Source: a bacterium
GTDB lineage: Bacteria > Cyanobacteriota > Vampirovibrionia > Gastranaerophilales > Gastranaerophilaceae
Assembly: GCA_017995595.1 (NCBI GenBank)
Contig: JAGOIO010000001.1
Location: 1 to 26,773 of the forward strand
Length of the DNA: 26,773 nt
Direction: 5' to 3'
How positions within the stretch are numbered: the first letter of the stretch is position 1; every line of letters begins with the position of its first letter. Position numbers and translations under genes: made by a program. Shown here one piece after another: positions 1-8,010 of this stretch. The notes beneath the pieces are model-generated. The model was not told where the DNA came from. It did no database searches and saw nothing but the letters and a program-made list of their open reading frames with translations.

Positions 1-694
1 TTTTCTCTTTGACTTTTACATTTATTGCATCCATAAATGCTGTACTTATTATACCTATTAGCAAGCCATGTAGTCCAACACCAAGTATCGCTGTCAAAGA
101 AGCTACCATTTTACCCAATGCAGTTGCCGGTGTTGCATCACCATAACCTACAGTCGTAATCGTTACTATTGACCACCAACTTGAACGAGGAATACTCGAA
201 AACATCACATTCCCCGTCTGATTTTCTGCATAATAAATTAATGTAGAACTTATAAATATTGCAAATATACATATCCAACCAGTTATTACCAACTCATATT
301 TTCTCTTTCTAAAAGCATTTGTAATATTCGTTATTGCATCATCATATCGTGTAAGTTTTACAACCCTGAATATTCTAAACAGTCTTAATCCCCTCAATAT
401 CGTTGTATTTACAGACAAAAAGCTCAAATAAAACGGTGCTATCGCCAAAAAATCAACTACCATATAAAAATTAAAAATATCTTTGAGTCTTTTTAACGTG
501 AAAACTCTCATCAAATATTCAACAGAAAAAACTACAACACAAAAAATTTCAAATCTGTTAAAAAATGCATAAAACTGTTTATTTATGCTTGCTTCTGTTT
601 GTAATGTAAATATTACCAAATTAAAGATAATTAGAAGTATTATAAACTTTTCAAAAATTGTATTATTTAATATTTTTTTTATTTGATTTTTCAT
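1..694 (-). CDS. Voltage-gated (Kv-type, 6TM) potassium channel / ion transporter; runs off the window edge
   Basis: Manual minus-strand translation from ATG at 694 (absent from the ORF track because no stop lies in the window): MKNQIKKILNNTIFEKFIILLIIFNLVIF..., S4 sensor LRGLRLFRIFRVVKLTRY, pore WWSIVTITTVGYGD (TTVGYGD at 137-157). Confidence 0.95.
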   Translation of the reverse strand, partial: MKNQIKKILNNTIFEKFIILLIIFNLVIFTLQTEASINKQFYAFFNRFEIFCVVVFSVEYLMRVFTLKRLKDIFNFYMVVDFLAIAPFYLSFLSVNTTILRGLRLFRIFRVVKLTRYDDAITNITNAFRKRKYELVITGWICIFAIFISSTLIYYAENQTGNVMFSSIPRSSWWSIVTITTVGYGDATPATALGKMVASLTAILGVGLHGLLIGIISTAFMDAINVKVKEK

Positions 695-726
695 TATACC
701 GAAAAGACCTTACTTTCATAATACAC

Positions 727-735
727 ACTATAACA
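727..735 (-). promoter_or_regulatory. Extended -10 promoter (TGTTATAGT) for the K+ channel gene
   Basis: TG-n-TATAGT about 33 nt upstream of ATG 694; AAGG SD-like sequence in the leader. Confidence 0.5.
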
Positions 736-823
736 CTTCTCTTTTTAAAAAATATTACAAAAATATTGTTATTTCAAGATAAAATCTTCTTTTTAAATTT
801 TTCAATACGGTCTTACTTTTTGC

Positions 824-841
824 GTTACATGCCTTAACATA
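824..841 (+). promoter_or_regulatory. HLR1-like tandem direct repeat upstream of the giant ORF
   Basis: GTTACATG-CC-TTAACATA; similar elements at 23183-23200 and 24305-24322 (minus strand). Confidence 0.45.
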
Positions 842-907
842 GTAGCAACTTTTGTTTTCCAAAAGTTTTAATTTTATATGTGTTAGTGTATAGAGGACAA
901 TCATTTC

Positions 908-3900
908 ATGAAAATTTCATTTTTTAATAACATTTTACCAAGTTTTAAGGGGCGAAGAGAAGATAGAAACACTGTTAGTCAATTATCTGATAACAGCAAT
1001 TACGCTTTGACCGAAAATAATAAATTAAAAATCACAAATGCTATTAAAAATTTAGCAAAAGAATCTAATGAGAAAAATATTCAATTTTTACTCGGTGTTG
1101 CTAACAATAACAAATATGTAACTAATATAAAGAATGGTAAAGAACCAAATAGTGATTGGACAGCTCAATTAAAAGATGCGACAGAAAAAGCCCTTGCAAA
1201 CACTAACCCTATTATCAAAGACAAGTATGCAACCACTTTTAACAAGGTTTTCAACACACCAAAAGATTTATCTGAAGATGAAAAGTCTATTTTAAACTCT
1301 CAAAAATATATTCTAAGTAAAATAGATAAAAACCAACTGGAAGAACAAAAAAATACTAATATAAAGAACTTTGAACGTAATATGCAATATTTTATTACAT
1401 CTTCTGAAACACCTCTCAAGCAGAAAAAATATATTCTTGACCGTATGTCTTACTTATTAAGTGATGAATACAAAATTAATCCACAAATAAAAGATAAAAA
1501 GACTCAAGTTGCTGCCGAATTAATGAATGATATCGTAGTTAATACAAAAGAATCAATCGTTCCTAACACAAAAGCTATTAACCAAAAACACCACGGAATG
1601 TGTGTTGCAATATCAACTTCAAGAAAAATGATGTCTTATGAGGACAAAGCTAATTATGTTGATACTGTTTTATCAGAACTAGACGACAAACCTTATATTA
1701 TGGTTTATGATAAAACAAAACTTGGTGAAAATAAAAAAGTTCCTGTTGAAAAAGCAAATGTTGATTATAAAGATGCTTTAAACAAAGGTTATAGAATTGT
1801 TGATGCTTCTGTTACAAATTGGATGAATATTGCTGATATGTACGATGCAAACAGCGTTTCTAAACTTCACTATATTCCTTTTGACAGAAAAAATTTCGGA
1901 GCAATGACAGACAGCCACTTTATTAGAACAATGGACGACCCTGAACTTGCACCAAAACACGAATTTTACCAATCACTTATGAAAGCAAAAGAAGCTATTA
2001 ACAGTGCAAGAGATTCTAAGAAAAAAGAAACTCAAAAAGTTATTGACAGAAAAGAAAACTATAACAACAATCTAAAAACAATTCAGAAAAATAACTCTTT
2101 AATTAAAACTTATGTTCAAAATATTATCCCAGGAATTTCAAACGAAAAATCTCAAGAAATTTCTTCTAAATTAATAAACCTATTACAAGAAACTTCTGCA
2201 GATATAGATAACATTAAAGATAATACAAAGAATTTTCATTATATTCATAACGAAGAATCTATAATGAAAGAAAATAAAATTAAAGACTTCATCAAATCTC
2301 AAACAAATACAACAGTAAATGAAGAACTTTTAAACAAACGTGCTTCTGATTTACAAGATTTAATATCAAATACAAATGCTGTACAAAAGGAAATAAATCC
2401 AATATCAAAACCTTCTGCAGAAGTTGCAAATGCAAGAAAAATGTTTGAAGCAGAAGCCGCATACAGATTTGAAACTGTTTATGGATTAAAAGACCCTGAT
2501 TACCTTACAAACAGTTTAATTCAATACGGACTTCCTGATTCTGAAACAATGCTTTCAGAAAACTTACAAAAAATTGCAAAACACGTAAAAGAAACAAAAG
2601 ACCCTATTTATTTGGAACACTTTGCTAATGTATTTAGCACAGATAAAAATCGTATTCCTGCAATTTTAGAGGCAATTTCTTATACTTATGATAACGACTA
2701 TAAAACAACTGCTTTTGATAAAATTTACTCTCAACTTGGAATGGGCGACAGAAAACTTGCACTTGCAAGCGAAATTTCAAGCTATAGAAACCAAATCGAA
2801 TCAGGAGATAAAGATACTCTTAAACTTACAGCCTCTACTTTAGACAAAAAAGTTGACAAAAAAGCGATAACAGAACAATTAAAAGAATATGAAAGAATAT
2901 TGACTGACAATCCTAGCGAAGAAGATTATACAAATATCTTCAATAAATTTGGTAAGAAAAGTCAATTTAGTGAAATTATTAACAACTTTAACTTAGTAAA
3001 AAATGCTGTTGAAAATCCTGAAGCAGAAGAAAGCAAACCGATTCTTGAAAGTTTTAAAATTGCAAACGGAATGGCTGAAGATGCATCTGGTGATGAAATA
3101 ACAGAAGCATTTAATAAAGTTACAGAACCAATAAATGATTTGGCACAAAAAATCGCAAATATTTCTGCTTCATTAGACGTTTATGACAAAAACGGTCAAT
3201 TAATTAATACTGCAAATCCTGAAAAAGTTGTATTAAAGAAAATGGAAAATGCAGGAGAACTTATCCCTGAAAAAGATATGGAAATATTACAACAAAGATT
3301 TGATGCCCTTGATAAGATTCGCTCTCAAGATGAATTTTCAAGCAGACAAGGCAAAATTTCAGACCCTGCATTATACAAACTTTCTGACGGAGAAAAAGCT
3401 TCTGTTGCCAAAATTGAAAAATCAATAAATAAAATGTATTCAAATAACAGAAAAGATTTAGATTATATTTATCATGAAATAAAAGAACCTTTAGAAGAAT
3501 TTGAAAGACAAGTAGGCGTTGAAAGTGGAAGACACTTTGTTTCAGAAGGCAGTTCAGGACTTGATTCAGACCAATGTACAAAAATTGCTCAACAACTTAC
3601 AGATAGACAATTCCACACAACAACAGATAAAGAAAAAGCTATTGACGTAATCAAAAACGGTCCGCATTCAGGAATGACTGCAAGTTCTGTTTATCATAAT
3701 GAAATTGGCGGACATGAACAGTATGTTGCTGAAATTTCGCCAAACGAAACAGGCAAAGATGTTTTATACCACGACAACTCTTGGGGTGGCAGTGAACAGG
3801 AAAATACATGGATAGACTCAAAAGGCGTAAAGCACACTGATTATAGCGATAACCGTGGTGGCGAAACCGGCTACATAACAAACGATAAATACAGAAACGG

Positions 3901-6715
3901 AAATTATGTAGATGATTTAATGTACAAAACCGGATATATTCCTAAGAAAAACGGGCAGGAAGAAAGCAGATTCTCAATATTAATGGACTTCAATGTTCCG
4001 GGTGAAGACGGAGAAACAAAGAGAATTGCACAAAGCATTCAAGAAACAATATTTAATGCTGATACTGAATATTTGAAAGGCTTTAATAATATTCTTTCAG
4101 GTATGACAAAAAGTGAAATAAAAGAAAATATTGAAAGAATTGACAATAGAGCTAAAAATTGGGAATCAGTTCTTAAAAATATGAACGAAAAAATATTCGG
4201 TTCTACAATCAATAAAAGCATTTCAACAAGAAGTGAATATGATGCATTAGCAAAAGATGATCCTATCAAACTTGCATTTGAGAAAACGGCTTTTGTTCGT
4301 TCTTTTCCTGATGGTGCAAACTGGACAGATTTGGCAAAAATTTCTTCTACTGATGAGCTTAAAGCTTTTGAAGATATCAGAAACAAAAAAGCCAGAATGT
4401 TCTTTAACTATGCTTTCGATAAAAATGCAAATGTTTTTAAATCATTTCTTTCTCCAGATGGCAAAAACGGTGCAGTTAAGATAATAGACGATGCAACTAA
4501 AAACCATTCAATAAAGTTAAGTAAAAAAGAAATGACAAAAATCGTTGAAGATTTAGCAACACTTTCAAAAGATGATGCAAAACATTTTGACGGAAGTTTG
4601 AAAAATTCTATTGATTTAATGGTGAATAAAACTTTAGCAAAATTTGATAAAATAATTCCTGAATCTGCTGATTCTAAGCTTGCAAAAGCTGAAATAAAAG
4701 AAAATATGACTAAGGAAATGAAAGAATTTTTATATTTCAACATTAATGATATGAAAAATACATCAACAAAGTTTAAAGCTCTTTCTAAATATATTGATAA
4801 TAAATATAATCCACAAACCGATGAAGAATTTGTTGAAATATATAACAAATTACAAGATATGACAACTCAAAACTTCTTGAAAGAAACAGCTGATGTTAAA
4901 AAAGAAGATTTAGGAATCAAAAACTATGACGGTTATGAAATGCTTCGCAGATACAAAGGTTCTGACACTAAAACAACTGATACTTTTGAAAATATAGTTT
5001 TCCAAAAAGAAGTTATAAAAGATATAAAAGAGCCTCAAAAACTTGCAAGATACAGATATAGCAGACTATATATGCACCATCAAGGAGATATTTATAAAGA
5101 TTCTAATAACTTTGACGATTTGTATTTAACATTTAAATCTTCAATAAATAACTTAAATACCGAAAAACTTTACAATAAATATAAAGATACATGGCATAGA
5201 AAATCTGATGTAATTCCTGCATTTCCAAAAGTTCAAGTTCTTGATGAAAGCGAGCTTTCAGAAAAATTGGGTGTATTATCTAATGCAATAAATAACATAA
5301 CAACAACAGTAAAAGCTCAAAAAGATTTGTTAAATACTTATAAAAATGTTGATACAATAAAAGACATTTTTGCAAATACTCAAAATGAAAAAGGTCTTAG
5401 TAATGAAGATACACAGTTTATAAAATCATTTGCAAGCGAATTTATAACAAGAAACTATTCTGATAAGTCTCTAAAAGCAGCAGTTGATTCTGCAAAAAAA
5501 TTACAAGGCTTAAAAGAAGGTACAACTTGTGATGAATATAAGCAAGCTTTTGAAGGAATAGATACACAAATCAGCAAATTAAGAAATACAGCACCTGCTG
5601 AAAAGCTTCAAAACTCTATCAAAAACAACATTGATGCAATGAATGAAGCTATAAACAGACTTATTAAAGATAACATTCAAAACAGATATCAAGCAAAAGT
5701 TAAATCTGAAGTAAGCAAGGTAATTTCAAGTTTAATAAAAGGTGAAGAAAACGGAGTAAATGCTCAAGAAACTTTCTTCAACGATTTTGAAAAATATCAC
5801 TTATTACACAAACCAGATGAAGTTTTTGAAAAATATCTTCTTTCAATGGCAAAAGATAGTCCAATTCATTCGAAAGACAAGGTAGTTGCAAAGAAAGCAC
5901 TCGCTGAAATTAATACAAATTTAGGACATTTGTCAAAGATTCTTGAGGCTTCAACATTAGTTACAATGCAAGACTTATTAATGCAATCCGTTGAAACAGG
6001 TAATGCAGCAGCTGTTGGAAAAGCTTTCAACAAATTGGATTCAACATTAATTGATAAAGTAACTAAGCTTAGAATAAATTTGGGCAACGAAAAGTCAGTA
6101 GCAACAATGGTTCGTTCACTTTTATATGGTGATGAAGACTTTACAACTGCTAAAATGTTTGTAAACAAGTTAGGACTTGCTGAAAAATTCATATCAGCTG
6201 AAAACAATTCTTTTGACATAAAAGCTGAAATGAGAAAAATGAATACTATAAGTAATTCTGTTAATACCGTTAAAGCTCAAATTAAGATTGTTAATGATGA
6301 AGTAACGGCAATTTTAAAAGACAAAGACTTTGAAACTGATTTTGCAACAAAAATTGACTCAGCAAAACAAAATATCATAGAAAAAACTAAGAAAATGACA
6401 AAGCAAGCTGACATTAAAACTTATTTAGAAGCTCTTGATAACGCAAAAGCAAAAATAGAAAAAGATGCTAATGCTTCAAAGGCAAAAACTGTTTCTAAAT
6501 CTATCGTTGCAGTTGAACAAAATTTAGCAAAGCAATCTAATAACGACATAGCAGAATTTAATGCAACTTGCGAAAGATATTCTATAATAAGCAAATTCAT
6601 AAAATCATTAAATATTCCTGAATATTCAGATGCAATGCCATTGAAGAAAGCATTTGAAGAAAAACTTGCCAAGTTTGTAGAATGCCAATCAAAAAATATA
6701 ATGAAAATGGCATAA
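908..6715 (+). CDS. Giant (1935 aa) protein with a split papain-like (clan CA) cysteine protease/amidase catalytic domain
   Basis: NQKHHGMCVAIS (Q226, C232; papain Q19-C25 spacing) and GGHEQYV...YHDNSWG (H936, N957, W959). The rest is K/E/N-rich and looks helical. No signal peptide. Ends TAA TAA TAG. Confidence 0.75.
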   Translation: MKISFFNNILPSFKGRREDRNTVSQLSDNSNYALTENNKLKITNAIKNLAKESNEKNIQFLLGVANNNKYVTNIKNGKEPNSDWTAQLKDATEKALANTNPIIKDKYATTFNKVFNTPKDLSEDEKSILNSQKYILSKIDKNQLEEQKNTNIKNFERNMQYFITSSETPLKQKKYILDRMSYLLSDEYKINPQIKDKKTQVAAELMNDIVVNTKESIVPNTKAINQKHHGMCVAISTSRKMMSYEDKANYVDTVLSELDDKPYIMVYDKTKLGENKKVPVEKANVDYKDALNKGYRIVDASVTNWMNIADMYDANSVSKLHYIPFDRKNFGAMTDSHFIRTMDDPELAPKHEFYQSLMKAKEAINSARDSKKKETQKVIDRKENYNNNLKTIQKNNSLIKTYVQNIIPGISNEKSQEISSKLINLLQETSADIDNIKDNTKNFHYIHNEESIMKENKIKDFIKSQTNTTVNEELLNKRASDLQDLISNTNAVQKEINPISKPSAEVANARKMFEAEAAYRFETVYGLKDPDYLTNSLIQYGLPDSETMLSENLQKIAKHVKETKDPIYLEHFANVFSTDKNRIPAILEAISYTYDNDYKTTAFDKIYSQLGMGDRKLALASEISSYRNQIESGDKDTLKLTASTLDKKVDKKAITEQLKEYERILTDNPSEEDYTNIFNKFGKKSQFSEIINNFNLVKNAVENPEAEESKPILESFKIANGMAEDASGDEITEAFNKVTEPINDLAQKIANISASLDVYDKNGQLINTANPEKVVLKKMENAGELIPEKDMEILQQRFDALDKIRSQDEFSSRQGKISDPALYKLSDGEKASVAKIEKSINKMYSNNRKDLDYIYHEIKEPLEEFERQVGVESGRHFVSEGSSGLDSDQCTKIAQQLTDRQFHTTTDKEKAIDVIKNGPHSGMTASSVYHNEIGGHEQYVAEISPNETGKDVLYHDNSWGGSEQENTWIDSKGVKHTDYSDNRGGETGYITNDKYRNGNYVDDLMYKTGYIPKKNGQEESRFSILMDFNVPGEDGETKRIAQSIQETIFNADTEYLKGFNNILSGMTKSEIKENIERIDNRAKNWESVLKNMNEKIFGSTINKSISTRSEYDALAKDDPIKLAFEKTAFVRSFPDGANWTDLAKISSTDELKAFEDIRNKKARMFFNYAFDKNANVFKSFLSPDGKNGAVKIIDDATKNHSIKLSKKEMTKIVEDLATLSKDDAKHFDGSLKNSIDLMVNKTLAKFDKIIPESADSKLAKAEIKENMTKEMKEFLYFNINDMKNTSTKFKALSKYIDNKYNPQTDEEFVEIYNKLQDMTTQNFLKETADVKKEDLGIKNYDGYEMLRRYKGSDTKTTDTFENIVFQKEVIKDIKEPQKLARYRYSRLYMHHQGDIYKDSNNFDDLYLTFKSSINNLNTEKLYNKYKDTWHRKSDVIPAFPKVQVLDESELSEKLGVLSNAINNITTTVKAQKDLLNTYKNVDTIKDIFANTQNEKGLSNEDTQFIKSFASEFITRNYSDKSLKAAVDSAKKLQGLKEGTTCDEYKQAFEGIDTQISKLRNTAPAEKLQNSIKNNIDAMNEAINRLIKDNIQNRYQAKVKSEVSKVISSLIKGEENGVNAQETFFNDFEKYHLLHKPDEVFEKYLLSMAKDSPIHSKDKVVAKKALAEINTNLGHLSKILEASTLVTMQDLLMQSVETGNAAAVGKAFNKLDSTLIDKVTKLRINLGNEKSVATMVRSLLYGDEDFTTAKMFVNKLGLAEKFISAENNSFDIKAEMRKMNTISNSVNTVKAQIKIVNDEVTAILKDKDFETDFATKIDSAKQNIIEKTKKMTKQADIKTYLEALDNAKAKIEKDANASKAKTVSKSIVAVEQNLAKQSNNDIAEFNATCERYSIISKFIKSLNIPEYSDAMPLKKAFEEKLAKFVECQSKNIMKMA

Positions 6716-6754
6716 TAATAGTTCAAGACATTTTAAAATATGTAATATATGCGA

Positions 6755-6946
6755 CTAATAACTTTCGTTTACGGCGTTTTTGGTCGCATTATTATTAACT
6801 TGCTCTGCTGAATTAAAACCGTTTATAGTCTTTTCTTTTGAAACATTTTGCAATGTAGAAGTTTTTAAATTATTAGTATTTACATACTTTTGAAAACATA
6901 AAATCAATGCTGCTATTATTAATAATAAAAATGCAAACTTTTTCAT
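6755..6946 (-). CDS. Small (63 aa) exported or membrane-anchored protein
   Basis: Strong SD (AAGGAG) upstream; N-terminus MKK followed by hydrophobic FAFLLLIIAALIL; Asn-rich tail. Confidence 0.75.
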   Translation of the reverse strand: MKKFAFLLLIIAALILCFQKYVNTNNLKTSTLQNVSKEKTINGFNSAEQVNNNATKNAVNESY

Positions 6947-7032
6947 ATATAAATTCTCCTTTTTCCAATAATATTTATATGCCCAGTTTACTCTTAAACA
7001 AAACTTTTTAATACTTTAAAAATATGAAGTTT

Positions 7033-8010
7033 TCACACTAAAGAATTTTCATTAGATAAAATATCATCAAGATATTTTATTATCATCTTATAATTTTCTT
7101 CTCTAACCAAGTTATATCTGTACTTTGCAGCATTTTCCACTTTATTTATATAAAACGGATAGAATTTTCTTACAAACCTTATTCCGTCTAATTCTCCCCT
7201 TAAAGCTATTTCACTATCGAGGTGTTTTTTCATCAACTCGATTTTTTCTTCTAAAGTCGGAGGCTCAATAATTACACCATCGGTCAAAAATCTTTCAATC
7301 CTTGATATCAAAGTCGGATCGCCTAAAATTCCTCGCCCAACTGCAACCCCGTCAGCACCAGATTTTTCTAAGCAATCAACAGCTGTTTCGATAGAAACTA
7401 CATCACCATTTGCAAATACAGGAATATCAACATTCTTTTTTAAATCTTTTATTAAGTCCCAGTTTGCATTTCCTGCATACATTTGGGCTCGTGTTCTGCC
7501 ATGAATAGTTATAAAATCCGCACCGGCCTCTTGCATTTGAACTCCGTACTCTACGAAATTCATTTCACTTGATGTATATCCTAATCGAAATTTTACACTG
7601 ACAGGAATATTTACGACACTCTTTATCGCTTTTACAAGTTCACATGCCAGCATCGGATTCCGCATTAATGCTGAACCATCTTGCCCCTTTACAACTTTAT
7701 TTACAGGACAACCCATATTTATATCAATTATATCTGCAAAATTTTCCAATTTCTTAGCACTCATAGCCATAAGTTCGGGTTTATGACCACTTAACTGATA
7801 AGATATCGGAGAATGGTCGTTATCTCTATTTAAAATTACTCCGTCTCGATGTTGAGCCAATGCTTCTGAACTTATCATTTCGGTTGTCAAAAGACAAGTT
7901 TTGGAATATTTTCTTACTAAACTTCTCAAAACATAGTCAGTTATACCTGCCATAGGAGCAAGTGATACCTGACTATTGATTTGCAAATTCCCGATTTTAA
8001 TATTTTGCAT
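7033..8010 (-). CDS. dusB: tRNA-dihydrouridine synthase B
   Basis: LAPMAGITD, TEMISS, DINMGCP, KFRLG, ITIHGRTRAQMY, ANGD and GVAVGRGILGDP motifs. Confidence 0.95.
   Translation of the reverse strand: MQNIKIGNLQINSQVSLAPMAGITDYVLRSLVRKYSKTCLLTTEMISSEALAQHRDGVILNRDNDHSPISYQLSGHKPELMAMSAKKLENFADIIDINMGCPVNKVVKGQDGSALMRNPMLACELVKAIKSVVNIPVSVKFRLGYTSSEMNFVEYGVQMQEAGADFITIHGRTRAQMYAGNANWDLIKDLKKNVDIPVFANGDVVSIETAVDCLEKSGADGVAVGRGILGDPTLISRIERFLTDGVIIEPPTLEEKIELMKKHLDSEIALRGELDGIRFVRKFYPFYINKVENAAKYRYNLVREENYKMIIKYLDDILSNENSLV

Noticed and set aside
2906-4852. Possible internal repeat in the giant protein (DNPSEEDYTNIFNKF vs YNPQTDEEFVEIYNKL)
   Set aside because: Only two short, weakly similar segments in compositionally biased sequence; needs a self dot-plot or HHrepID.
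1778-6726. Short ORFs overlapping the giant gene (1778-1972, 3261-3581, 3651-3881, 4039-4386, 4257-4484, 4408-4848, 5866-6219, 6421-6726)
   Set aside because: Antisense or off-frame shadows of a long coding sequence; no SD and no recognisable motifs.
6884-6946. Lipoprotein call for the 63-aa protein (Cys after hydrophobic stretch)
   Set aside because: LILC does not fit the lipobox, which needs a small residue (G/A/S) at -1.
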